Of a stretch of DNA of 43,544 bases, positions 29,915-38,885 are shown in pieces; position 1 is the stretch's first letter, and the number at the start of each line of letters is the position of its first letter. A program made the translations under genes and the position numbers. The DNA lies in assembly GCA_002298965.1 (NCBI GenBank), contig DBMN01000355.1, positions 1 to 43,544 on the forward strand. The letters are read 5' to 3'. Origin of the DNA: Rhizobiales bacterium UBA697 (GTDB lineage: Bacteria > Pseudomonadota > Alphaproteobacteria > Rhizobiales > Ancalomicrobiaceae). The notes under the pieces are model-generated. The model made no database searches. It saw only the letters and a list, made by a program, of their open reading frames with translations, and was not told the DNA's origin.

Positions 29915-30343
29915 ATGTTCTGGTCGACTCTTCATCTCGTCGCCGTCGGCGTCTGGCTCGGTTGTCTGGCGACGGAGATCGCCTTCGAGAAGGCGATGGG
30001 CACGGAGGCGGCGATCCGCCAATGGGTTTCGGCGCTGCACGATCGGGTCGATCGGTGGGTCGAGGGGCCGGCCTTCGTCGCGGTGGCGATCAGCGGCGCG
30101 GTGCTGCTCGGGCGCACGCCCTGGACGCCGGGGCTGGCGATCAAGGTGGCCTTCGGTCTCGGCGCGGTGATCGCCAACGTCTGGTGCCTCCATCTGGTGC
30201 TGGCGCGGCAGCGCGCCGCGCGCGCGGGGATCGGTGCGGCATGGGGCGACATCGATCACCGGCAGCACAAGTGGGGCACCGCGGTCGTGGTTCTGCTGCT
30301 CGCCACGCTGCTCGCCGCGACGATCCGCGCCGTGACGGGGTGA
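29915..30343 (+). CDS. Hypothetical 4-TM membrane protein
   Basis: GGAGG RBS; HLVAVGVWLG, H.RVDRWVEGPA, IKV pattern loosely like CopD/DUF2269 bundles. Confidence 0.7.
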   Translation: MFWSTLHLVAVGVWLGCLATEIAFEKAMGTEAAIRQWVSALHDRVDRWVEGPAFVAVAISGAVLLGRTPWTPGLAIKVAFGLGAVIANVWCLHLVLARQRAARAGIGAAWGDIDHRQHKWGTAVVVLLLATLLAATIRAVTG

Positions 30344-30488
30344 GGTCGCGTTCGCTCGAGAACTCGTGGGGGCCGCGTCCGTCGCGGGTTTCGGGCAGAA
30401 CGCTCTTTCCTTCCCGGAAAGAACGGGAAACACTCACTCACGGCGTTCGCGTTGCGGACGCACGGTTCATGCCGAAGGAGGAGATCAC

Positions 30489-30833
30489 ATGAAGCTCGCG
30501 ACCCTTTCTCTGGGGCTGGCGCTGATCGCGGGGCCCGCCCTCGCCGATCCGACCGGCAGCTACACGGTCGAGGGCAAGAGCCCGGGCGGCGCGGCCTATC
30601 GCGGCAGCGCCGTCATCACCAAGACCGGCGAGACCTACAAGGTCACCTGGACGATCGGCAACGAGAAGACCGTCGGCACCGCCGTCGGCGACGATCGCTT
30701 CTTCGCGGTCGGCTATCGCCAGGGCGCGGAGGGCGGCATCGCCGTCTATGCCCGCGACGGCAAGGACTGGAAGGGCATCTGGAGCCAGATCGGCGGAACG
30801 GAAGTCGGCATCGAGCGGCTGACGCCGAAGTGA
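30489..30833 (+). CDS. Small secreted all-beta hypothetical protein
   Basis: AAGGAGGAG RBS; signal peptide ending ALA-D; alternating beta pattern (GSYTVEG..YRG..YKVTW..GIW). Confidence 0.8.
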   Translation: MKLATLSLGLALIAGPALADPTGSYTVEGKSPGGAAYRGSAVITKTGETYKVTWTIGNEKTVGTAVGDDRFFAVGYRQGAEGGIAVYARDGKDWKGIWSQIGGTEVGIERLTPK

Positions 30834-30960
30834 GCGCGGCCCGTTCCTGCCCACGAAAGCGTCGCCGTCGGCCCGGTTCGTCGTTGACGGGTCTACGTAT
30901 TTCCTCGCATGCTGTGACCCGGGTTGGACGGGGCACGCGACGCGTGCCGAGGGGGACGAC

Positions 30961-31407
30961 ATGCGGATTTCGAAGATCACGGCAGGCGCGCTGGCGCTGG
31001 CGCTCTCGTTCGGGTCGGTCGGCGCGCGGGCCGAGACGATCTACATGGCGCAGAGGACCGAGATGTGCGCCGACATCGCCGGTGGGCGGATGGTCGAGGG
31101 CACGCCGATCCAGCTGTGGCCCTGCCATGGCAAGGCGCCGCAGCTCTTCGACTACGACGGGCGGACCAGGCAGATCGTGGCGCGTGCCAACCGTGCCTTC
31201 TGCGTCGACGACGTCGTCCGGCAGGGACTGGCGCTGGTCCGCTGCAATGCGACGCGGATGAAGTGGACCATCGACAGTTCCCGTCCGGCGATCCGCTCGC
31301 AGGACGGCCGTTGCTGGGATTCGCTCGCCATGAAGACGGACGCGCGGACGCGCATCGTGCTGTGGCCGTGCCACGGCAAGTACAATCAGCAGTTCAGCTA
31401 TTTCTGA
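30961..31407 (+). CDS. Secreted ricin-B (beta-trefoil) lectin-domain protein
   Basis: Signal peptide; CADI, IQLWPCHG, CVD, CWD, VLWPCHG..NQQF; three Cys pairs. Confidence 0.85.
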   Translation: MRISKITAGALALALSFGSVGARAETIYMAQRTEMCADIAGGRMVEGTPIQLWPCHGKAPQLFDYDGRTRQIVARANRAFCVDDVVRQGLALVRCNATRMKWTIDSSRPAIRSQDGRCWDSLAMKTDARTRIVLWPCHGKYNQQFSYF

Positions 31408-31453
31408 GACGCGAGACGGCGCGGGCGCGTGATAGCGCCCGTCGGGGTCTCCC

Positions 31454-31918
31454 TCACTTCGCCCAGCGCGCGGCGGCGAGGTCGTCGTGCTCGCGGGCGT
31501 CGACCCAGTCGCCCTTGGAGCCGTCGACGCCGACCTCCTTCTTCCAGAAGGGGGCGCGCGTCTTGAGGAAGTCCATCAGGAACTCGGCCGCCTCGAAGGC
31601 GGCGACGCGATGCGACGACGTCGTGATCACCACGACGATCGGCTCGCCGGGGTGGATGACGCCGTGGCGATGGATGGCGGTCACGCCCATCAGCGGCCAG
31701 CGCGCCATCGCCTCCCGGGCGGTGCGCTCGATCTCGGCCTCGGCCATGCCGGGATAGTGCTCGAGCTCGAGCGCCGAGAGCCGGCCCTCCTCGGCGCGGC
31801 ACAGGCCGGTGAAGGCGACGACGGCGCCGATGTCGGTGCGGCCGGCGGTCAGCTTTTCCGTCTCGGCGGCGACGTCGAAGGGCTCGGGCTGGACGCGGAC
31901 GGTGAGGATCGGTTCCAT
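31454..31918 (-). CDS. moaE: Molybdopterin synthase catalytic subunit
   Basis: GAVVAFTG, LEHYPGM, HR.AAF, MDFLKTRAPFWKKE. Confidence 0.96.
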   Translation of the reverse strand: MEPILTVRVQPEPFDVAAETEKLTAGRTDIGAVVAFTGLCRAEEGRLSALELEHYPGMAEAEIERTAREAMARWPLMGVTAIHRHGVIHPGEPIVVVITTSSHRVAAFEAAEFLMDFLKTRAPFWKKEVGVDGSKGDWVDAREHDDLAAARWAK

Positions 31919-31953
31919 GAGCGGCCTCGGCTGGCGAAAGGGACGGCGCGGGC

Positions 31954-32205
31954 TCAGCCGCCGGTCATCGGCGGGAAGAGCGCGACCTCGGCGGCGCCGG
32001 TGATCGGGGCCTCCGGCGTCACGTGGACCTTGTCGACGGCGACGCGGATGAACTCGGACTTCTCCAGCGCCCATTCGTATTCGGGGCCGAGCGTCTTCAG
32101 CCAGCCGAGCAGGTCGGCGGCGGTCTTGACCGTGGCGGGCGGCGAAAGCTCTTCTTCGGGCTTGCCGACGCGTTCGCGGACCCAGGCGAAATAGCGGATC
32201 TTCAT
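31954..32205 (-). CDS. moaD: Molybdopterin synthase sulfur carrier
   Basis: YFAWVRE...FPPMTGG C-terminus. Confidence 0.96.
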   Translation of the reverse strand: MKIRYFAWVRERVGKPEEELSPPATVKTAADLLGWLKTLGPEYEWALEKSEFIRVAVDKVHVTPEAPITGAAEVALFPPMTGG

Positions 32206-32212
32206 CGGTGTC

Positions 32213-32788
32213 TCAGGGCTCGTTCATGAGATGGACGACGCCGGAACGGAAATAGTCCCAGCCGGTATAGAGCGTCAGCAGCGCCGAGATCCACAGCAGC
32301 AGATGGCCGGTGACGAGCGTCCAGGGATAGACCGGCTCGCCGGCGGGGCCGACGATGAGGAAGCCGAGCGCCACCAGCTGCGCCGTGGTCTTCCACTTGG
32401 CGAGCCAGGTGACGGGCACGGAGACGCGCAGCTCGGCGAGGAACTCGCGCAGGCCCGAGACCAGGATCTCGCGGCACAGGATGATCGCGGCGGCGATCAC
32501 CGACCAGCCCTCGATGGTGCGGGCATCGACCAGGATCAGCAGGCAGGAGGCGACGAGCAGCTTGTCGGCGATCGGGTCGAGCATGCGCCCGAGCGCAGAC
32601 TGTTGGTTCCACACGCGGGCGAGCCAACCGTCGAAGAAGTCGGTGATGGCGGCGGCGGCGAAGATGGCGAGCGCCACCCAGCGCGACGTCGGCGTCGGCG
32701 TTCCCGGCAGCGCGAAACAGGCGATGACCGCGGGCACCGCCAGGATGCGGCCGTAGGTGAGGAGGTTGGGCAGACTCAGCGCGGACAT
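32213..32788 (-). CDS. pgsA: CDP-diacylglycerol--glycerol-3-phosphate phosphatidyltransferase
   Basis: PNLLT, TDFFDGWLAR, GRMLDPIADK, REILVSGLRE, AKWKT. Confidence 0.96.
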   Translation of the reverse strand: MSALSLPNLLTYGRILAVPAVIACFALPGTPTPTSRWVALAIFAAAAITDFFDGWLARVWNQQSALGRMLDPIADKLLVASCLLILVDARTIEGWSVIAAAIILCREILVSGLREFLAELRVSVPVTWLAKWKTTAQLVALGFLIVGPAGEPVYPWTLVTGHLLLWISALLTLYTGWDYFRSGVVHLMNEP

Positions 32789-32856
32789 GGGTTCCTCGTC
32801 TCGCCCGAAGACAGAGCATGCGGGGGGAGGGCGCGTCAACGGCGGAGGTATGCCGT

Positions 32857-33462
32857 TCAATATTGTCCATCGGACGGCAACCAGGTTTCGACCCATGCCG
32901 GCGCGTCGGCTTCGCGCCGGAGGTCGAGGTGCCCTTCGCGGTCACGATCGCCGAAGGCGACGAGGCGAATGACGGGCGCCTCGGGAGGGGAGCCGTTGTC
33001 GAAGATCATCACCCGGTGCGCGCGGCGGACGATCTCCGGGAGCATCGCCATGACCCGCGCCCACCGCGCGACGATACGGTCCTCCGGCACGTCGTGGCCG
33101 CCGCTCGCGACACGCAGGCGGACGCGTTCGACGTTCATCTCGGGCGTCGGCAGGGAGACGAAGAAGACGTGGATCTCGTATCCCGCGTCCGCGGCCCGCT
33201 CCATGAAGCCGAGCTTCGAGGGATGGGAGAAGACGGTCTCGAAGGCGAAGTCGCGGCGTTCGGCGAGACACTGCTCGCGGAGTTCGTCCGCGTGCTCCTG
33301 CGCCGTGCGCGTTCGCTCTTCGAGTGAGCCCGTCAGTTCGGCCGCGATGTCGTCGGGATTGATGTAGGTCCCGAGATCGATGCCGCGACGCAGGATCTCT
33401 TTCGTCAGGGTGCTCTTTCCGGAGCCGTTCGGCCCACAAAAGATCGCCAGAACGGGCGCCAT
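32857..33462 (-). CDS. Zeta-toxin-like P-loop kinase/ATPase
   Basis: GPNGSGKST, INPDDIA, FETVFS, RVRLRVASGGHDVP, FDN. Confidence 0.88.
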   Translation of the reverse strand: MAPVLAIFCGPNGSGKSTLTKEILRRGIDLGTYINPDDIAAELTGSLEERTRTAQEHADELREQCLAERRDFAFETVFSHPSKLGFMERAADAGYEIHVFFVSLPTPEMNVERVRLRVASGGHDVPEDRIVARWARVMAMLPEIVRRAHRVMIFDNGSPPEAPVIRLVAFGDRDREGHLDLRREADAPAWVETWLPSDGQY

Positions 33463-33495
33463 TCGTATCGGTCTCGGTCGACGCAATGGATTTCG

Positions 33496-33729
33496 TCAGC
33501 TCTTCTCGTAGCGAAGAGCCTTGCGCACATGAATTTCCGTGAAACGAGAGGTGACCGCGCCGCCGCGGGGCCGACGAACAACTTTCGCGAGAGGCTGCTC
33601 GGCTTCCGTCTTCGCGGTCGCCGCGGATGCGATATGCCCGGCCGACCGCAGATCGGCAACGGCCTTTTCGGCGGCGTCCTTTCCGATCTTGCGGAAATCA
33701 TCGAAGGTCAGGTCGGCAACGGTCTTCAT
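33496..33729 (-). CDS. Small hypothetical protein, candidate antitoxin/partner
   Basis: 77 aa MKTVADLTFDDFRKIGKDAAEKAVADLRSAGH...; directly downstream of a promoter and 33 nt upstream of the zeta-like gene. Confidence 0.6.
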   Translation of the reverse strand: MKTVADLTFDDFRKIGKDAAEKAVADLRSAGHIASAATAKTEAEQPLAKVVRRPRGGAVTSRFTEIHVRKALRYEKS

Positions 33730-33731
33730 GA

Positions 33732-33765
33732 CTACGAATCGTAGCACCCTTCGGCGGATTGGCAA
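33732..33765 (-). promoter_or_regulatory. Promoter plus palindromic operator of the zeta-like module
   Basis: TTGCCA-N16-TACGAT with extended TG; inverted repeat CTACGA-T-TCGTAG overlaps the -10; ATG 8 nt after the -10. Confidence 0.6.
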
Positions 33766-33773
33766 GGAAAGCC

Positions 33774-35810
33774 TCACCCCTCGCCCTGATGGAACCAGCC
33801 GTGGATGGTCTCGGCCATGCCTTCGGAGATGCCGTCGACCTCCATCAGGTCGCCGAGACCGGCGCGGCCGATCGCCTTCACCGTGCCGAAGTGGTCGAGC
33901 AGCGCGCGTTTCCGCGTCGGGCCGATGCCGGGGATCTCGTCGAGGGTCGACTGGCGGATCGCCTTGGAACGCTTCGCCCGGTGGGTGCCGATGGCGAAGC
34001 GGTGGGCCTCGTCGCGCAGACGCTGGACGAAATAGAGGACGGGGTCGCGCTCCGGCAGCATGATGTCGGGGCGATCGAAGAAGAAGAACTTCTCGCGCCC
34101 CGCATCGCGGTCGGGGCCCTTGGCGATGCCGACGAAGGCGATCTGATCGAGGACGCCGACTTCCTCCGCCACCTGACGCGCCATCTCGAGCTGGCCCTTG
34201 CCGCCGTCGACGAGGATCAGGTCGGGCCAGGGGCCGAAGCCTTGGTCGTCGCGGGGGGCGGCGTCGCGGCTGCCGTTCTCCTTGACGAGCCGGGTGAGGC
34301 GGCGGGTCAGCACCTCGCGCATCATGGCGTAGTCGTCGCCGGGCGTGGTCTCCTCCGACTTGATGTCGAACTTTCGGTACTGCCCCTTCACGAAGCCCTC
34401 CGGTCCCGCGACGATCATGCCGCCGACCGCGTGGGTGCCCTGGACGTGGGAGTTGTCGTAGACCTCGATGCGCTTCGGCGTCTCGGGTAGAGCGAAGGCA
34501 CGGGCGACGCCGGCCAGCAGGCTCGCCTGGGACGAGGTCTCGGCGAGCTTGCGCCCCAGCGCCTCGCGGGCGTTCAGCGCCGCGTGGTCGACGAGGTCCT
34601 TCTTCTCGCCGCGCTTGGGCACCGCCACCTCGACGCGATACTGCGAGCGCTCCGAGAAGGCCTCCTCCAGCAGTTCGCGCTCCGGCGTGTCGTGCGACAG
34701 CAGGATCAGGCGCGGGATCGGCTTGTCGTCGTAGAACTGGGCGACGAAGCTCTCCAGCACCTCCTCGGGCTCGAGGCTGCGGTCGGCCTTCGGGTAGAAG
34801 GCGTGGTTGCCCCAGTTCTGACCGGTGCGGAAGAAGAAGACCTGGATGCAGGTCTGTCCGCCGTCCTGATGGAGGGCGAAGACGTCGGCCTCCTCGACGC
34901 CCTGCGGGTTGATGCCCTGATGCGCCTGGACGTGCGACAGCGCCGCGAGGCGGTCGCGGTAGACGGCGGCGCGCTCGAAGTCGAGGTCCTCGGCGGCGGC
35001 GTGCATGGCGGTCGCCATCTCGGCCTGCACCGCCTTGGACTTGCCCGACAGGAAGCGCCCGGCCTCGTCGACGAGGCCGGCGTAGTCGGCAAGCGACACC
35101 TCGCCGGTGCAGGGGGCGGCGCAGCGCTTGATCTGGAAGAGCAGGCAGGGGCGCGTGCGGCCGTCGTAGGCGGCGTCGGTGCAGGTGCGGATGAGGAACG
35201 CCTTCTGCAGCGCGTTGATGGTGCGCGCCACCGCACCCGCCGAGGCGAAGGGGCCGAAATAGGCGCCCTTGCGCTTGCGCGGACCGCGATGCTTGACGAT
35301 CGCCGGAGCATCGTGGTCGGCGGTGACGAGGATGTAGGGGAAGGACTTGTCGTCGCGCAGCAGCACGTTGTAGCGCGGCCTGAGGCGCTTGATCAGGTTG
35401 GCCTCGAGCAGCAGCGCCTCGGTCTCCGTCCGGGTCTGGACGAATTCCATCGACGCCGTCTCGCGCACCATCCGCAGGATGCGGGCGGTCAGGCCCTGAC
35501 CGCGGGTGTAGTTCACCACCCGCTTCTTCAGGTTCCGCGCCTTGCCGACGTAGAGGACGGTGCCCTCGTCGTCGATCATGCGATAGACGCCGGGCGCGTT
35601 GGGCAGACGTTTCACCTGATCGGCGATGACCTCGACGCCCGCGAGCGTGCGCGTCGCCTCGACGAGAAGGCTCTCGTCGGTCGCGGTCTCGGCGGTCGGC
35701 GGCACATCCTCCGGAGGCGGGGCGGCGGTCTGCGGGTCTTGGTCGGACATCGTCGTCGTTTCGAGGGGCTCGAGCGGGGCGGCCGGCGAATCGTCGCCGT
35801 CCTTCGTCAC
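33774..35810 (-). CDS. uvrC: Excinuclease ABC subunit C
   Basis: [40 protein letters not shown], HhH; alternative start 35750. Confidence 0.97.
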   Translation of the reverse strand: MTKDGDDSPAAPLEPLETTTMSDQDPQTAAPPPEDVPPTAETATDESLLVEATRTLAGVEVIADQVKRLPNAPGVYRMIDDEGTVLYVGKARNLKKRVVNYTRGQGLTARILRMVRETASMEFVQTRTETEALLLEANLIKRLRPRYNVLLRDDKSFPYILVTADHDAPAIVKHRGPRKRKGAYFGPFASAGAVARTINALQKAFLIRTCTDAAYDGRTRPCLLFQIKRCAAPCTGEVSLADYAGLVDEAGRFLSGKSKAVQAEMATAMHAAAEDLDFERAAVYRDRLAALSHVQAHQGINPQGVEEADVFALHQDGGQTCIQVFFFRTGQNWGNHAFYPKADRSLEPEEVLESFVAQFYDDKPIPRLILLSHDTPERELLEEAFSERSQYRVEVAVPKRGEKKDLVDHAALNAREALGRKLAETSSQASLLAGVARAFALPETPKRIEVYDNSHVQGTHAVGGMIVAGPEGFVKGQYRKFDIKSEETTPGDDYAMMREVLTRRLTRLVKENGSRDAAPRDDQGFGPWPDLILVDGGKGQLEMARQVAEEVGVLDQIAFVGIAKGPDRDAGREKFFFFDRPDIMLPERDPVLYFVQRLRDEAHRFAIGTHRAKRSKAIRQSTLDEIPGIGPTRKRALLDHFGTVKAIGRAGLGDLMEVDGISEGMAETIHGWFHQGEG

Positions 35811-35877
35811 CGTCTATATGGAGCGGATCGCGGCGGGATCGAAACGGGGGCCGCTCGATCTCCACCGCGAGGACGGC

Positions 35878-36654
35878 TCACTCGCCGACGCCGACCACGT
35901 CGGGGGTCTCCCAGGCGAGGTGCTGGCCGCCGTCGAGGCAGATCATCTGGCCGGTGATCGACGGCGTCTCGACGAGGAAACGCACGGTGCGGCCGAACTC
36001 CTCCGGCGCCGGGCCGCGCTTCAGCGGCACGGCGGCGACCTGACGGGCGAAGTCCTCGGCGGTCTGGCGCGAGTTGGCGAAGGACGGGCCGGGGCCGATG
36101 GCGTTGACGCGGATGCGCGGGGCGAGCGCCTGGGCCATGGTCTGGGTCGCCGTCCACAGCGCCGACTTCGCCAGCGTGTAGGAGAAGAACTTCGGCGTCG
36201 GCCGCAGCACGCGCTGATCGACGACGTTGATGACGTGGCCCTCGCGGCCCTCCGGCAGGCGCTCGGCCCAGAGGTCGGCGAGCAGGCAGGGCGACACCAG
36301 ATCGACTCGGAGATGGCGCTCGAATCGCTCGGCGCCGAGGGCACCCATCTCGTCGGGCTCGAATTCCGAGGCGTTGTTGACGAGGAGATCGATCGGCCCG
36401 AAGGCCGCCTCGGCCGCGTCGAGCAGGCCCGCGAGGGCTGAGAGATCGGAGAGATCCGCCTTCACCGCGATCGCCCGGGCGCCGCTCGCGACGAGCTCGG
36501 CGGCCAGCGCCTCGCCCTGCGGGAAGGAGAGATTGGCGTGCAGCACGACCTGCCAGCCGGCGGCCGCCAGATCGCGCGCGATGGCCGCGCCGATGCGGCG
36601 CGCGGCGCCGGTGACCAGCGCGGTGCGGGGAGCGGGGGGCGGTGTCACGGTCAT
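35878..36654 (-). CDS. SDR oxidoreductase (pteridine reductase-like)
   Basis: TGAARRIG, NNAS, YTLAK, RVNAIGPG, DGGQHL. Confidence 0.92.
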   Translation of the reverse strand: MTVTPPPAPRTALVTGAARRIGAAIARDLAAAGWQVVLHANLSFPQGEALAAELVASGARAIAVKADLSDLSALAGLLDAAEAAFGPIDLLVNNASEFEPDEMGALGAERFERHLRVDLVSPCLLADLWAERLPEGREGHVINVVDQRVLRPTPKFFSYTLAKSALWTATQTMAQALAPRIRVNAIGPGPSFANSRQTAEDFARQVAAVPLKRGPAPEEFGRTVRFLVETPSITGQMICLDGGQHLAWETPDVVGVGE

Positions 36655-37003
36655 TTGATCTCGGATCGGGAGGGCTCGAACGGTCCTTCGATTCTAGCGC
36701 CGCTTCCGGCGAGAAGCGACGGCCGAGGCGTCGGAACGACGGAAAATGCCGCGGAGCCCAGTGTTGCACGCATACATCACTTGTTTACCAAGAACAAAAA
36801 TGCATGGCGAAAACCGGGATTGGGGCGATCGCGGTCTCATTTCGGTTCCGAGTTCGCCACATTCGGGGACCATCCCGGAGGTCATTGGAATTCGTGATCG
36901 AGTTTCGACTTCGACATGTCGGCGGGAACCCTCGGGCCCCGTCGGCGTCGGTTCCCTCGGGAACCAACCCTGTCGACGTACCGTGTGCAGACGAGGACTT
37001 GAA

Positions 37004-37648
37004 ATGACCACTTCGTTCCTTCGTGCCGTCGCCCTCTCGGGCGTTGCGGTTCTCGCGGCCTCCGGCGCGGCTTCGGCCGCCGACATGTACCGGAAGGCTC
37101 CCCCGGCGGCTCCGATCGCCGCCCCGGTGTCGGCCTACAACTGGACCGGCTTCTATGCGGGTGCGAACCTCGGCGGCGAGTGGCTGAACGACAAGATGTC
37201 GAACGCCGCCGGCTCCGCCACCCGTACGCCGGGCTCCGTGTTCGGCGGCCTCCAGGCCGGCTACAACTACCAGATCAACCAGTTCGTGTTCGGCGCCGAA
37301 GCCGACGTCGGCTACGGCCGTCCGGCCGGCAACACGGCCTATGGCCGTGGCGAAGGCAACTGGTCGGGCACCGTGCGCGCTCGCGCCGGCTACGCGATCG
37401 ACAACGTGCTGCTCTACGGCACCGGCGGTCTCGCCTGGAAGAACTTCAAGCTCAACGACACCGTCGTCGAGCGCACCACGACCCGCGCCGGTTGGACGCT
37501 GGGTGCCGGCGCCGAGTACGCCTTCACCCGCAACGTGTCGGTCAAGGGCGAGTATCTCTATGCCGACTACGGCAAGGCCAACGTCGGTGCCACCGAGCAC
37601 AGCCTCTCGGACCACATCGTCCGCGTCGGCGTGAACTACAAGTTCTGA
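37004..37648 (+). CDS. Omp25/RopB-family outer membrane beta-barrel
   Basis: Signal peptide + AAD, WTGFYAG, GYNYQ, RARAGYA, C-terminal NYKF. Confidence 0.93.
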   Translation: MTTSFLRAVALSGVAVLAASGAASAADMYRKAPPAAPIAAPVSAYNWTGFYAGANLGGEWLNDKMSNAAGSATRTPGSVFGGLQAGYNYQINQFVFGAEADVGYGRPAGNTAYGRGEGNWSGTVRARAGYAIDNVLLYGTGGLAWKNFKLNDTVVERTTTRAGWTLGAGAEYAFTRNVSVKGEYLYADYGKANVGATEHSLSDHIVRVGVNYKF

Positions 37649-37675
37649 TCTCGAACCTTCGAGTGACGTTCTTCG

Positions 37676-37717
37676 GAGCCCGGCTCTCCTTCGTGGAGAG
37701 CCGGGCTTCTTCTTTTT
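37676..37717 (+). terminator. Terminator of the first omp
   Basis: GCCCGGCTCTCC-TTCGT-GGAGAGCCGGGC plus TTCTTCTTTTT. Confidence 0.88.
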
Positions 37718-37866
37718 GTCACAAGTATTGATCTGTAGTGACGGCTGTTTACAAAAAATAAACTATGAATACTTACGCCACATTAACCGCGGGGCGGCAA
37801 CATGGTCAACATCTCCTTTGGAAATCCCAGAGGAATCGACGAGATCTACAACGCGAAGGTTCGATC

Positions 37867-38514
37867 ATGTCCCGCGTCTCCATCGCTCTCTCGTTCGCCG
37901 CCTTCGTCGCGGCGATCACTCCCGCGGCCGCCGCCGACATGTACGGAAGCAACTCGCGCGCTCCGTCGTCGAACTACGGCTATTCGGACGGCGGTTCCTC
38001 GCCGGCGCAGCAGTGGGCCGGCGGCTATGCCGGTGCCCAGGTCGGCTACGGCTGGGGCGAACACGGCATCAACGGCGCCCAGGGCGGCGTCTTCGGCGGC
38101 GGCAACTTCGCCGTCGGCACCAACATCGTCCTCGGCGGCGAGGCGGAAGTGAACGTCTCCGGCCAGGAGCGTGCCTCGGTGATCGCCGGCGGTCTGGTGA
38201 AGCAGTCGTCGAGCTGGAACGGCGCCCTGCGTGCCCGTGCCGGCGTCGCCTACGACAAGGTCATGCCCTATGCCAGCGTCGGCATCGCCATCGCCGACGA
38301 CACGGTGAAGGCCTTCGGCGCCAACGACACCTCGACCAAGGTCGGCTATCAGCTCGGCGCCGGCGTCGAGGGCAAGATCTCCGATCGCGTCTCGCTGCGC
38401 GGCGAACTGGTCCACACCGGCTTCGGCAAGACCAATCACGTCGCCAACTGGGCGACCGTCGGCTCCAACGTGTCGACCACGACGCTGCGCGCCGGCGCGG
38501 CCTACAAGTTCTGA
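37867..38514 (+). CDS. Second Omp25/RopB-family outer membrane protein
   Basis: Signal peptide + AAD, WAGGYAG, RARAG, C-terminal AYKF. Confidence 0.9.
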   Translation: MSRVSIALSFAAFVAAITPAAAADMYGSNSRAPSSNYGYSDGGSSPAQQWAGGYAGAQVGYGWGEHGINGAQGGVFGGGNFAVGTNIVLGGEAEVNVSGQERASVIAGGLVKQSSSWNGALRARAGVAYDKVMPYASVGIAIADDTVKAFGANDTSTKVGYQLGAGVEGKISDRVSLRGELVHTGFGKTNHVANWATVGSNVSTTTLRAGAAYKF

Positions 38515-38555
38515 TCGACCCTTTCGCGCTTCCCGCGGGAAGCGCGTCGTGGGGG

Positions 38556-38591
38556 GAAGCCCCGCCCGGCACGCTGCCCGGGCGGGGTTTT
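38556..38591. terminator. Terminator between the second omp and the convergent gene
   Basis: AAGCCCCGCCCGG...CCGGGCGGGGTTTT; a second hairpin lies at 38525-38546. Confidence 0.75.
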
Positions 38592-38618
38592 CGCATTCTA
38601 GCGCCGCGCCGCCTCCGT

Positions 38619-38885
38619 TCAGGGGACGAAGCGGGTCTTCTCGAAGGAGGGATGGCGGGCGGCGAAGACGTCGAGCCAGGCGACGAGCTTCGGATGGGCC
38701 TCGCGCCAGCGGCCGGAGAAGCGCAGGTCGACGAAACGCAGCTCGGCGAGGACGTGCGGCAGGCCGAAGGCGGCGAGCGTCACGGTGTAGACGGCGACGG
38801 GGGCGGCGACCGAGGCGGCGAAGCTCGCGGCGATCGTCGCGACGATCGCCAGTCGGCCGAGCGGCGAGAGGGTTTCCGCGCGCAT
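38619..38885 (-). pseudogene. Chimeric 88-aa ORF: membrane-protein N-terminus fused to a glutathione S-transferase C-terminus
   Basis: Hydrophobic N-half ending FGLPHVLAELRFV, then DLRFSGRWREAHPKLVAWLDVFAARHPSFEKT, which matches the recalled end of rhizobial GSTs; start overlaps the upstream stop (TGATG). Confidence 0.65.

Noticed and set aside
30420..30453. Possible EcfG-type (GGAAC...CGTT) promoter before the secreted protein
   Set aside because: Imperfect -35 and spacer of 18-19 nt do not fit the consensus
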